A stretch of DNA of 64,000 nucleotides. Source: a virus. The translations under genes were made by a program, and so were the position numbers. This document shows positions 47,794 through 57,140 of the stretch, piece after piece (position 1 is the stretch's first letter; every line of letters starts with the position of its first letter). Below the pieces are notes generated by a model. It was not told the origin of the DNA and did no database searches. It saw nothing but the letters and a program-made list of their open reading frames with translations. Location: positions 73,723 through 137,722 of the IMG/VR virus record IMGVR_UViG_3300025073_000027; one strand, 5' to 3'.

Positions 47794-48485
47794 TCAAAAG
47801 CTTCCTTCATTTTATCAATATTCATAGTTATATCTAAAGGCATAGAACGATGTATTTTTTTATTTGTGATTTGAATATCTTTATTTGTTTCTTGTGCTAA
47901 TTGTCCCATAGATTTAACTTTAGTACCAACATTATAAACACCAATCGCATTTTTATTTATTAATTTAATAATTAAAGAAGCAACAATATCCACATAATCA
48001 AAATTTCCAAATTGAAGTATTGCTTCCGAATATGGAAATGGACGAGGTTTAAAAGAAGTTCTAATAATAAGATAATTTAATAAACGTAATTGAACATGTC
48101 CATCTGCCAATAATTTAGTATATGTATACCAGTTAGGGCAATTAGCAGGAGGATCTTTTTCAGAAGCATTAGGGGAAGAATTACTGTAAATATAATCAGT
48201 ACTTATATGAATAATTTTTTTTCTATATTCCGAACAATAATCTGCTAAATCAGCTACACCTTTATAATTAATATCCCAATGCTTTTGTTTATTATCACTA
48301 TAAGTATCTGTATAACCAATACAATTTAATATTTCATCATATTTTTTTAAATAATCAACATAAGTATATAAAGCAGTAAAATCAAAATTATCTTTTTTAC
48401 GACTTATATAATCCCATCCGGTTTGTTTTTGTATTTCTAAACCTAGTAAACCATCTCCTAAAATTAAAATTTTACTCATTATCAA
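47790..48485 (-). CDS. RmlD-like NDP-sugar reductase
   Basis: 'LG.GLLG', 'HISTDY.Y', 'Y..TK', 'IIRTS'. Confidence 0.8.
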   Translation of the reverse strand: MIMSKILILGDGLLGLEIQKQTGWDYISRKKDNFDFTALYTYVDYLKKYDEILNCIGYTDTYSDNKQKHWDINYKGVADLADYCSEYRKKIIHISTDYIYSNSSPNASEKDPPANCPNWYTYTKLLADGHVQLRLLNYLIIRTSFKPRPFPYSEAILQFGNFDYVDIVASLIIKLINKNAIGVYNVGTKVKSMGQLAQETNKDIQITNKKIHRSMPLDITMNIDKMKEAFE

Positions 48486-49785
48486 ATTTCCTTAACATAT
48501 CCTCTACATAATTCAATATATTTGGACCATAATGTGGGGGATTTCCAGTAAAAAATGTTAAATCCAATACAGTATTTGCCACAGGGTACTTCTTATGATC
48601 ATCTAAAAACGAATATGCGGGATGCAAGAGTAGATTACCAGAAAATAATGACCGAGTTTGTATTTTTGAATTTTCTAAATATGCTACAAGTTTTTGCTTT
48701 AATTCTTTATTATCACAAATTATAAAATTACCAAACCATGCCGTATCAGAATGTTCTAATTCTTCTGGTAGATGGATATTCTTTATATACCTCATAAACA
48801 ATTCAGAAATAATTTTATGATTACATTTCCTTTTATCTAATATTTCATCTAGTTTATCTAATTGTTTTAAACCGATAGATCCCAAAAGTTCAGGGGGAAT
48901 CAAGTTAAAACCAATTTCCGTAAACGTGTAGCGATGATCAACAGTTTCGCAATATTTTGGGGCAAGCCAATTATTAAAGCGTTCTCCACAAGCACCTAGC
49001 GGTAAAAGATTTTGTGTTGATTGACAATGGCAACCTCTACCCCAAGTCGCTAATCTACGAGCAATCAAAATGATTTCTTCATTTGATGAACTAATCATGC
49101 CACCTTGAATCGTAGATATTGTATGTGCAGGATAAAAAGATTCAGAAGTTGCTACAGCATATTGATTCAAATTATTATATCGCCAAAGAGATCCTAAACT
49201 ATCACATCCGTCTAAAATCAGCTTTATATCATGACTTACACATATTTCTAGTATAAAATCTAAATCTGGACTATTGCCTAAAACTGGACTTAGAAATATT
49301 GCCTTAGTTTTATTCGTTATTTTTTCTTCAATTAAATTAAGATCAATGTTATATGTACTTTTTTCAGAATCAATAAAAACAGGTATTAAATTATTTTGAT
49401 ATATTACACTAATGGTTGTCGGAAAAGCAACTGGCGATACTAATATTTCTGATCCATCAGGCCAATCATAATAAATTTTTAACGCATTTATCATAATCAA
49501 ATTTGCACTACTACCACTATTCAAAAAAACAGCATACTTATCACCAATTTTTTTAGCAAATTTAGTTTCAAATAAATGAGTATCACTTCCACCAACCAAC
49601 CATTTACCAGCAAGCAATGATTTAATTCCTGAAATTAATTCATTATAATCCCAATAAGGTGAAGAATAAAGTACAAAAGATTTTCCAGGTTCAAAAGTTT
49701 TATCATTTAGATATGCGTAGGGCATTATATTATGTTTATATTTTAATTCTTCAATAAATTTTAGTATTTCATTATCAATAGACAA
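48472..49785 (-). CDS. RfbH/DdhC-like PLP-dependent NDP-4-keto-6-deoxyhexose 3-dehydratase
   Basis: 'NSGSSANL', 'FPTT', 'SFYPAH' with His in place of the aminotransferase Lys, 'WGR.C.C...C' Fe-S-type motif, 'TR.LF.GNL..HPAY'. Confidence 0.8.
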   Translation of the reverse strand: MSIDNEILKFIEELKYKHNIMPYAYLNDKTFEPGKSFVLYSSPYWDYNELISGIKSLLAGKWLVGGSDTHLFETKFAKKIGDKYAVFLNSGSSANLIMINALKIYYDWPDGSEILVSPVAFPTTISVIYQNNLIPVFIDSEKSTYNIDLNLIEEKITNKTKAIFLSPVLGNSPDLDFILEICVSHDIKLILDGCDSLGSLWRYNNLNQYAVATSESFYPAHTISTIQGGMISSSNEEIILIARRLATWGRGCHCQSTQNLLPLGACGERFNNWLAPKYCETVDHRYTFTEIGFNLIPPELLGSIGLKQLDKLDEILDKRKCNHKIISELFMRYIKNIHLPEELEHSDTAWFGNFIICDNKELKQKLVAYLENSKIQTRSLFSGNLLLHPAYSFLDDHKKYPVANTVLDLTFFTGNPPHYGPNILNYVEDMLRKFDNE

Positions 49786-49791
49786 CTTATA

Positions 49792-50391
49792 TTATTCTCC
49801 AATATTATCAATAATATTTAATTTAGCATTACTACCATAAATTTCTAATGCTTTTTTGTTATAGGCTAAAGCAGCATCAATTTCATTATCATATCTTCCA
49901 ACAAAGATACTCTTTCCCCTATGTTCCATAGTAGCTCTCCATTTGTTTCTAGGTTTTTCATATGAAACACCAGAATATTTACTACTTGAATTTTTTGTAT
50001 GTTTTGTTCCTTGTTTATCATAAGAATCAATTGTTTTATGTTCTTCTGTATGATGTTTACCATAAAAAGGATTTTCTTTTCCTTCTAAAATTTTTCCTCC
50101 ATTGGTTTGATTTAATAAATTTTCTTTACCAAAATAATTAATCCAATATCTTTCTCTAGAATCTGCATTGATCGCATTTGTAATTTCTAAAATAATTAAT
50201 ATTGGTTTTAAATTAAATAATGCTAATTCATTTACCCAATAATTTTTCAGAGTTTTTTCATTTTTTCTAGTAAATTTAGATAAATGATTATTATATCTAT
50301 CTTTATAATTTTTGGTAGCTCCAATATATTTTATTTTAATGTTTCTAGGATCTATTAATGCGTAAATATAAATATTATTTTTATTATTCAT
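49792..50391 (-). CDS. GIY-YIG-like homing endonuclease with NUMOD3 and AP2 domains
   Basis: 'YIYAL.DP....KYIG', 'E..WI', 'L.N.T.GG'; AP2 C-terminus similar to 38128-38862. Confidence 0.8.
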   Translation of the reverse strand: MNNKNNIYIYALIDPRNIKIKYIGATKNYKDRYNNHLSKFTRKNEKTLKNYWVNELALFNLKPILIILEITNAINADSRERYWINYFGKENLLNQTNGGKILEGKENPFYGKHHTEEHKTIDSYDKQGTKHTKNSSSKYSGVSYEKPRNKWRATMEHRGKSIFVGRYDNEIDAALAYNKKALEIYGSNAKLNIIDNIGE

Positions 50392-50405
50392 TATTTATAA
50401 TTATT

Positions 50406-50442
50406 ATAAAAAGAACATTTTATTATAAAACATACATTTTAT
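50406..50442. repeat. Two tandem ATAAAA-N6-TTTTAT sites 1 bp apart
   Basis: ATAAAA AGAACA TTTTAT T ATAAAA CATACA TTTTAT. Confidence 0.85.
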
Positions 50443-50642
50443 TATTCCAAAATAACTCGCTCTAATTCTTTTTCAATTTCATCTGCTTGCTTAAAAATAA
50501 ATCTACGAACCACACCATAATACTTTAATGCCATAACTCTATACTTTCCAATAATTATTTTTACATCCCTAATATCATCTTGATCTTTAGTTTGTGCAAT
50601 TTTTTGGATTTTATGATAAACAGTATTTTCCATTATAAGCAT
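50442..50642 (-). CDS. Hypothetical protein
   Basis: ORF track; stop abuts the site. Confidence 0.5.
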   Translation of the reverse strand: MLIMENTVYHKIQKIAQTKDQDDIRDVKIIIGKYRVMALKYYGVVRRFIFKQADEIEKELERVILE

Positions 50643-50831
50643 CCTTTTTTATAATATTTATTATTTATAATATACTAGAACTAAGGACTAGCATCCTCAA
50701 AACCTTCATCATAACCAGCTTGAAATGTAAGCCATAATATATTTTCTACCTCACTCATTTCATAATTATTCAAATCTAACAATTCTTCCATCTTTTTTAA
50801 AAATTCTTGAAGTTCAGGATACATATAATTA

Positions 50832-51146
50832 TTATTTTACAACCTCCTTATTATCATTTATAATATTATTTATTTTATTATTTACAAGTATTGCCACATG
50901 CTTAGAAATTTTATCATAATATATTAGATTATTTATTTCACCATATTGTTCTTCGTATTCTTTTATAACTGCTCCAATATCCCCCCAATACAATCTATAC
51001 TCTTGTAATAATTTAACACTAAAAGGAAAACTTTGTTCTATAATATCATATTTATCACGATCAAATTCAACTTCTTTTAATTTTGTTGGTTCATGAATCC
51101 TAAAATTATTTTTAGGATTTATAATTCCTTTTCGAGGTCTACCCAT
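50832..51146 (-). CDS. Hypothetical protein
   Basis: ORF track; overlaps the upstream stop. Confidence 0.5.
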   Translation of the reverse strand: MGRPRKGIINPKNNFRIHEPTKLKEVEFDRDKYDIIEQSFPFSVKLLQEYRLYWGDIGAVIKEYEEQYGEINNLIYYDKISKHVAILVNNKINNIINDNKEVVK

Positions 51147-51507
51147 TAGATTTATTTAAATTTTTGGGTAGTTGAACATATGCTTTTTCTACCGCTCTTA
51201 GAAACGCACTTCTGCTACCAAATATTTTTTTAGCAATGGCGTGTGCCACTCCTGCTTCTACTGTAAACACATCATCATCAGAACAAGTTACTTTTGTTTT
51301 AGATCCATCTTTCCATATGCAAACTACTGTTTTATTATTAACAATAATTTGTTTTGGAATAAATTTATTATTTTCCTTGAAATTATGAATATCTATATCA
51401 TCAGGTTTTATAGTATATGAATCACAACCCCAATCAGATCCCCAATCATATGTATAAGATTTTAAATAATATGCCGCCATTTTATTATTGTTCTCCTTCA
51501 TAAACAA
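51139..51507 (-). CDS. Conserved phage hypothetical protein
   Basis: 'I.N....V..W.DGSKT.V.C...D.F..E.G...AIAKK.FG' pattern; true start probably MAAYY. Confidence 0.65.
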   Translation of the reverse strand: MFMKENNNKMAAYYLKSYTYDWGSDWGCDSYTIKPDDIDIHNFKENNKFIPKQIIVNNKTVVCIWKDGSKTKVTCSDDDVFTVEAGVAHAIAKKIFGSRSAFLRAVEKAYVQLPKNLNKSNG

Positions 51508-51769
51508 TTCCTTCTAACCAAGCTTCGCCATGTTCATAAGCATCTTGAAATGCACCATCAATAAATCTAGAAAATGCCGTAGAACCATCTTCTTTATCGT
51601 CATATTCAATTAATTTACTATGCAACCATTCTAACATATTGCCCTTATCTGTAATTTGAAAAGGTAAATCTTCACGATTTTCTTGCATAAATAAAAGTGA
51701 ATCAATTGGAATTTCTATAATAATCTTTTCATCATCATAATTAGTATATACATTAATTTTTTCATCCAT
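51485..51769 (-). CDS. Hypothetical protein
   Basis: ORF track; AGGAG RBS. Confidence 0.55.
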   Translation of the reverse strand: MDEKINVYTNYDDEKIIIEIPIDSLLFMQENREDLPFQITDKGNMLEWLHSKLIEYDDKEDGSTAFSRFIDGAFQDAYEHGEAWLEGIVYEGEQ

Positions 51770-51787
51770 TATTATTTATATTCTCCT

Positions 51788-52687
51788 TTATAAAATTAAT
51801 TGCTTTTGACCTCTCATTGCTTTTTCTACAGCAGAATTTCTAAGATTTGCATATCGCATTGTGGTGGAAAGCGCAGAATGACCTAATACGCCTTGAATTA
51901 CTCGAATATCAGTTCCACCTTCTACTAAATTAGTAGCTGCCGTTCTTCGAAGAGTATGAGGAGTTATATCTTCAATACGCTCTTCTTCAATACCAGCACG
52001 ACCAGCAATAGATTTAATTTTTTGTCTAATTGCTTCAGTAGTATATTTATTACCCATTTTAGAACGAAACACATACTCAAAATCCTGATGTTTACGGACA
52101 GAAAGAAATTCATTTAATAGTTTATAAACATCATCTTGAAGATATAAAGAACGATATTTTGATCCTTTTCCTACAATGTTTACCTGATAATCTTTAATAT
52201 CATTAACTTTTAAATCAACCAATTCAGATCTTCGCAATCCAAGAGATAAAAACAATGCGAGAATGGTTTTTTCTTCAATATTTTTACATCCAGTAAACAT
52301 TTGAGTAACTTCTTCTTCAGAAAGATAAGATAAACTTTTTTTAGGTTCTTTCATATTACGAACTTTTCCAAAAGGATTTTCATTAATATATTCATTTTCA
52401 AGCAACCAGGAAAACAACGCTTTCAATGCTCGGATGTGAGCATTTATACTAGATGATTGTAATCCATCATCTTTTAATTTAAATTGATATTCTCTAATAT
52501 TGCCAGATATGATTTTAGAAATACTTTCAGTTGTTTCAACTTTCATAAAATCAAAAAACCGTTCTATAGAAGTTAAATACATTCGCAAAGTATGTTTAGA
52601 TTTATCTAAATTTAAATAACGAGTGTATTCTGCAATACAAGGAATATAGTGATATTTAGAAATAAATAAATTATTTTTCTTTACCAT
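51788..52687 (-). CDS. XerC/D-like tyrosine recombinase
   Basis: SAM-like N-domain; catalytic R (GLRRSE), K (GKG.K), HxxR (PHTLRR), H (LGH), Y (TMRY); no arm-binding domain. Confidence 0.92.
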   Translation of the reverse strand: MVKKNNLFISKYHYIPCIAEYTRYLNLDKSKHTLRMYLTSIERFFDFMKVETTESISKIISGNIREYQFKLKDDGLQSSSINAHIRALKALFSWLLENEYINENPFGKVRNMKEPKKSLSYLSEEEVTQMFTGCKNIEEKTILALFLSLGLRRSELVDLKVNDIKDYQVNIVGKGSKYRSLYLQDDVYKLLNEFLSVRKHQDFEYVFRSKMGNKYTTEAIRQKIKSIAGRAGIEEERIEDITPHTLRRTAATNLVEGGTDIRVIQGVLGHSALSTTMRYANLRNSAVEKAMRGQKQLIL

Positions 52688-52762
52688 TTTGTTTTCCTTT
52701 TTCTTATAGAATAAATTGACATTATGAAATTATTTTACTATATATTTAATAATTTGTAAATA

Positions 52763-52957
52763 CTATGCTTTATAACAATCATTGCATAAAGGATACTTTA
52801 TCGGATCGCATTTATCACAAGGTTTTTCTTTCATAGAAAATAAATAATTATGTTTAGGATGAGGCATACCGGCTTGAACAGGCATACCGCATTCAGGACA
52901 TTCAATAATTCCAATACTTTTTTTATACATTCTTGGATCGAAATTACATATTCTCAT
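52763..52957 (-). CDS. Small Cys-rich protein
   Basis: CPECG..V.AG.PHP and CxxC motifs. Confidence 0.55.
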   Translation of the reverse strand: MRICNFDPRMYKKSIGIIECPECGMPVQAGMPHPKHNYLFSMKEKPCDKCDPIKYPLCNDCYKA

Positions 52958-52968
52958 TTTATTATTCC

Positions 52969-53160
52969 TTACTCATTATCTTTATTTGAAAATAATTCAT
53001 TGCCTCTATGAAAATTGCCATGTTCCCGTAATTCTTTATCAAAATCTCGTAATGCCTTTTTCTTATTGCGACCAAAACCAGTTACTAAAATCCAACCACC
53101 TATGATTCCTACAATAAGTGTTCCAATTGGAAATAATAAAGTGTAATAATCAATGGGCAT
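52969..53160 (-). CDS. Small membrane protein
   Basis: N-terminal hydrophobic helix; AGGAGG RBS. Confidence 0.6.
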   Translation of the reverse strand: MPIDYYTLLFPIGTLIVGIIGGWILVTGFGRNKKKALRDFDKELREHGNFHRGNELFSNKDNE

Positions 53161-53197
53161 CCTCCTTCTCCTTTATATTTTATTTATTATATTATAA

Positions 53198-53226
53198 ATC
53201 TTATCATAGAACTATAAATTTGTCAA
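53198..53226 (-). promoter_or_regulatory. sigma70/sigmaA-type promoter with extended -10
   Basis: TTGACAAATTTATAGTTCTATGATAAGAT. Confidence 0.7.
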
Positions 53227-53239
53227 TAACGAATTTTAT

Positions 53240-54349
53240 TTATAACAATATATTTGCGTGATTTTTAGCAATTAATCTAAAATTGTCTGCTATACTTTCT
53301 ATATTTTTGTCAATATCTTGAGATAAAGCAAATTCATAAGATTCGCCATTCATTTTCTGTTTTTCTATTTCAAAATTATCAATATAGTGTAGAATTGCTT
53401 CAGTCCAATTATTTTCAGTATTAGGTATCAAAGTACCAAATTGAGATATATCGTTGTATGCTGGCCCTTGTGACGCTATCCAGGGGGTACGCGTAAGCAT
53501 ATACTCCATTGGCTTGATCCAACTACGATATTTATCATATTCTCCACATAACGGGGCAATACCAATATCAAACTTTTTAGCAACTATACTTCCCCATTGA
53601 TCATGAGGAACAAAAGATTGAAATATTTTATTTTCATCTGGTAATTCAACTTTTTTATATACCCTATCATCGCCACAAATCATAACTTTAACATTAGATC
53701 TTACTCGACAAACATTTTGTAATGCTTGTAATACTCCACTATCTCTAAAACTTTGCAAATGGGATAAACTACCTCCCCAACCAATAGTAATATAATCTCT
53801 TTCTTCTTTTTGAATATTTATATAATGCTGTGTTTCAAAATAATTTGGAATAAAATATGTTGGAGAATATTCACTATAATATTTCATTAATTCTTTTGAG
53901 GGTACAATTTGAGCATGGCACAATTTTAATCCTAATTTAAATTGCCAAAGCGGATGAGGAAATACAGTAAGTGTTTTCAATTCCCCATCTTTCATAATTT
54001 TTATAGATCCATCATGCCAGTAATTATAAGAAGCATTTGTAGATTCAATAACATCATAATTATCATCAAAATTAGCAATTACTACTTTACCACGAACAAT
54101 CCAATATATTGCTCTTGTTAAAACATCACCAAATAAATTTCTTTCAATAACAATTATATGAGAATTATTACAAGCTTCTTCGGCTTCTTTTGTGTGTTCT
54201 TGAAATAATTGAGCAGGAATTAAACTTGCTCCATAACCAGCACGACCAAATGCTTTAGCAGGTATCATACATCTAAAAACAGATGTATTCAATTCTCCGG
54301 GTCGATCAGCAAAGACATAACTAATAGCAAATTTATTTTTTTCCTCCAT
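53240..54349 (-). CDS. Glycosyltransferase (GT-B, GT4-like)
   Basis: 'R...PA', 'DD.Y', 'IPN', 'IGWGGS.SH', 'DIGIAPL....KS.IK..EY'. Confidence 0.8.
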   Translation of the reverse strand: MEEKNKFAISYVFADRPGELNTSVFRCMIPAKAFGRAGYGASLIPAQLFQEHTKEAEEACNNSHIIVIERNLFGDVLTRAIYWIVRGKVVIANFDDNYDVIESTNASYNYWHDGSIKIMKDGELKTLTVFPHPLWQFKLGLKLCHAQIVPSKELMKYYSEYSPTYFIPNYFETQHYINIQKEERDYITIGWGGSLSHLQSFRDSGVLQALQNVCRVRSNVKVMICGDDRVYKKVELPDENKIFQSFVPHDQWGSIVAKKFDIGIAPLCGEYDKYRSWIKPMEYMLTRTPWIASQGPAYNDISQFGTLIPNTENNWTEAILHYIDNFEIEKQKMNGESYEFALSQDIDKNIESIADNFRLIAKNHANILL

Positions 54350-54546
54350 TATCGATCAAACTCTTCTTCAGTAATTTCATCATTTAAATCTTCATAAAAT
54401 TCTTCTGCCGTATTTCGTTCATAATCAGTAATTCCTACTTTATCCATAACAAGATTACAAATTTCATTTGCAAATTCCATTACTTCAATTTCATTACCGT
54501 TTGAAAGAGATTCCAGCAAATTACATATTGTTTTTAAATAATGCAT
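54349..54546 (-). CDS. Acidic hypothetical protein
   Basis: ORF track; AGGAG RBS. Confidence 0.5.
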   Translation of the reverse strand: MHYLKTICNLLESLSNGNEIEVMEFANEICNLVMDKVGITDYERNTAEEFYEDLNDEITEEEFDR

Positions 54547-54611
54547 TAATAATTTCTCCTTTTATAATTTTATAATTTATAATTTTTATAACAAATAAAA
54601 CACCAATTTCA

Positions 54612-55232
54612 TTAGTTAAATTTTTGATTTAATAAATTATATTTACAATTTTCAATCATCCATTTTTTATGTGATTTACTATCGGGAAGCAACCACATAT
54701 ATCGATTTTTAGCAGCTCGTATTTCTGGTATCCATCCTAATTCTATCGCCATTTTTCTAGTTATATTTACCCCACATTGTCTAGGATGTCTTAATCTACC
54801 ATCTTTATCACGATAAAAAATTGCTTTACCCGTTGCACCTAGTCTATAAGCATTGGTAGCTTGATATATTACTCCATTGTGTCCTTCTGTCATGTCACTA
54901 AAACTTAATATTGCCCAAATTTCAGGTTTATCTTTTTTTAATAATCTTAAACACTTGGAAATAAACCAACTTTCAGTATTTCTAGGTGTAACGTCTAATA
55001 TGTGCAATCTATGTAATTCAGTAACGTGGTTTTTATAATCTTTACCAAACAAACTTGATCTAACTGCTTCGCTACAAGGCGTAGCAAACATTAAAACTCC
55101 GATTAATAAATCATTATCGTACAAACCATAACAAGGACTAGGACCATTATGACTACCGTGAGAATAATGATTTTCTCTTATGTAATTTTTTGCCAATTTT
55201 GCAGATATTTTTTCAATTTTATAATTTATCAT
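54612..55232 (-). CDS. Mom-family DNA modification enzyme (GNAT-like)
   Basis: 'I..NHYS', 'GV..F', 'EL.RL', 'N.ES.FIS..LR.L', 'SFSD...GH.G.IYQATN'. Confidence 0.75.
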   Translation of the reverse strand: MINYKIEKISAKLAKNYIRENHYSHGSHNGPSPCYGLYDNDLLIGVLMFATPCSEAVRSSLFGKDYKNHVTELHRLHILDVTPRNTESWFISKCLRLLKKDKPEIWAILSFSDMTEGHNGVIYQATNAYRLGATGKAIFYRDKDGRLRHPRQCGVNITRKMAIELGWIPEIRAAKNRYMWLLPDSKSHKKWMIENCKYNLLNQKFN

Positions 55233-55451
55233 TTATCCATTATATTAATTTCTAACTATCTATTATTTTTTATAATATTTACTACACTTTGGACAAGTTT
55301 TAAAATGCCATAACCAATTAGATTGTGTCATTTCAAAAAGATAATCATCATTATTCTTTCTTTGTTCTTCAAATCTTTCAAGTAATTGTTTGCCATCTTT
55401 GCATAACTTCATATTTTTTTGTCCATATCTCCTTATAAAATTACAGTTTCA

Positions 55452-56564
55452 TTAGATATTTATTCTTTTTTTTGCAATTTCAATAGAATCTTCATTCAAT
55501 TCAATTCCAATAAAATTTCTACCTAAATCTCTTGCTACTTTACCAGTAGTACCAGATCCTATAAAAATATCTAAAACAATACCATTTTCAGGACAACAAG
55601 CTAAAATTGGAGTTTTTACTAATTCTTCAGGATAGGTTGCAAAATGAGGATCTTTTATACCTTGAGTATTGATGCTCCAAACTGTACGTTTATTTCTCAT
55701 TCCATCTTTTCTAAATTTACCAGATTCATTTTGAGCATATTGTCCTTGAGAACATTTGTTTCCTTTTGTTGGTCCATTTATAAATCTTTTATCTTTATCT
55801 GCCCATAAACTTTTTTCTAATTGCTGCTCAAAATAATATTTACTATTTTTTGTAAACCAATAAAATTTTTCATAATCTCCGGTAAATCTATCTTTAGCAG
55901 ATGAAGGCATTTGATTAGGTTTATGCCATATAATTTCATTTCTACATATCCAACCATTATCAATCATAGCAATCTTAAAGCGATCAGGAATGCCCATAAG
56001 AGATTTTTTAACAATGCCTGTATTTACTAAAAGTGATTTAGAACCCTTTGCTGATAAATATAAACTACCTTTGTTTGTCCCTTGCTTTGTTCCATTTCGA
56101 TTTGCTCCTGCACCTTGATTGCTACCACTACTATAACTATCGCCTAAATTCACCCAACAAGAACCTTCCGATTTTAATACTCTTCGTGCTTCTTCAAATA
56201 TTTCTAATAAGTGTTGAATATATAATTTAAATGTTGGTTCTAACCCTAATTCGCCTTTCCATGCCCCACACTTAACACAAAAACCTTGAATGCTGTCTGG
56301 AACTATTTGAAAATTTATTTTATCTTTTATTTGTACTTTTAGAGATTTTGTGCCACCCGTTTGACCTTTACGAGTAAAAGTTTCCCATTCATGATCACAT
56401 CCATTATGGTTGTCCCAAATTACAGGATTGGTTTCATACTTTCGTAAGCCATAATAAGGAGGAGAAGTAATCATTAAGTCAATTGAATTATTGGGGATTT
56501 TCTTTAATTGTTCTAAAACATGACCAAACAGAATGGTATTTACTATATTTTCAATTTTATACAT
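55452..56564 (-). CDS. DNA methyltransferase (N4-cytosine-like, beta class)
   Basis: 'TSPPYYGLR', 'NLGDSY', 'IIW.KPN.MP.S..DR', 'HFATYP', 'DIFIGSGTT'. Confidence 0.9.
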   Translation of the reverse strand: MYKIENIVNTILFGHVLEQLKKIPNNSIDLMITSPPYYGLRKYETNPVIWDNHNGCDHEWETFTRKGQTGGTKSLKVQIKDKINFQIVPDSIQGFCVKCGAWKGELGLEPTFKLYIQHLLEIFEEARRVLKSEGSCWVNLGDSYSSGSNQGAGANRNGTKQGTNKGSLYLSAKGSKSLLVNTGIVKKSLMGIPDRFKIAMIDNGWICRNEIIWHKPNQMPSSAKDRFTGDYEKFYWFTKNSKYYFEQQLEKSLWADKDKRFINGPTKGNKCSQGQYAQNESGKFRKDGMRNKRTVWSINTQGIKDPHFATYPEELVKTPILACCPENGIVLDIFIGSGTTGKVARDLGRNFIGIELNEDSIEIAKKRINI

Positions 56565-56602
56565 TTATTTCCTTATATATTATTTATTATAAAATAGTGA
56601 TT

Positions 56603-56797
56603 TTATATTCGTTTCTCATACAACTCATAAAGAATATAATCAAGTTCATAAACACGACCACAATCACATTCATAAGGACCAAATTCTTTTTCAATATAAA
56701 TAGGTTCACCGCAATCAAAACACATAAACTTTAAACCTATATCCTCCCAAATAATTTTTAAAGAATCTGGCTCTAATTTCACTCGCTTATATGTCAT
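56603..56797 (-). CDS. Small zinc-ribbon protein (between boundary sites)
   Basis: CxxC...CxC; AGGAGG RBS; sites at 56589 and 56818. Confidence 0.6.
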   Translation of the reverse strand: MTYKRVKLEPDSLKIIWEDIGLKFMCFDCGEPIYIEKEFGPYECDCGRVYELDYILYELYEKRI

Positions 56798-56895
56798 TAT
56801 TACCTCCTATTAAACTAATAAAAATTATCTTTTATCATATTCAATTGACACTTATTTTTCTATTTAATTACATTATATTACATCTTTTATCATTA

Positions 56896-57096
56896 TTATT
56901 TATTTAATAAACTTTTCCATTCGACACCAATAGTAAAAAGAAATTTAAACATTTGTAAATAGATAATATTCATCGCATCATCTCCCCATTTATTTAATAA
57001 TTCAAGTTTAAATAAACATGGATCTTCACCTTTATACCATCCAATATTAATAAACGGTTCAATTTTATTACCTTTTATATATAGTTCTATATGCAT
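56896..57096 (-). CDS. Hypothetical protein
   Basis: ORF track. Confidence 0.5.
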   Translation of the reverse strand: MHIELYIKGNKIEPFINIGWYKGEDPCLFKLELLNKWGDDAMNIIYLQMFKFLFTIGVEWKSLLNK

Positions 57097-57140
57097 TTTA
57101 TTTTTATTTAATCCTTTCTATTTTATATTTTCCATCATTT

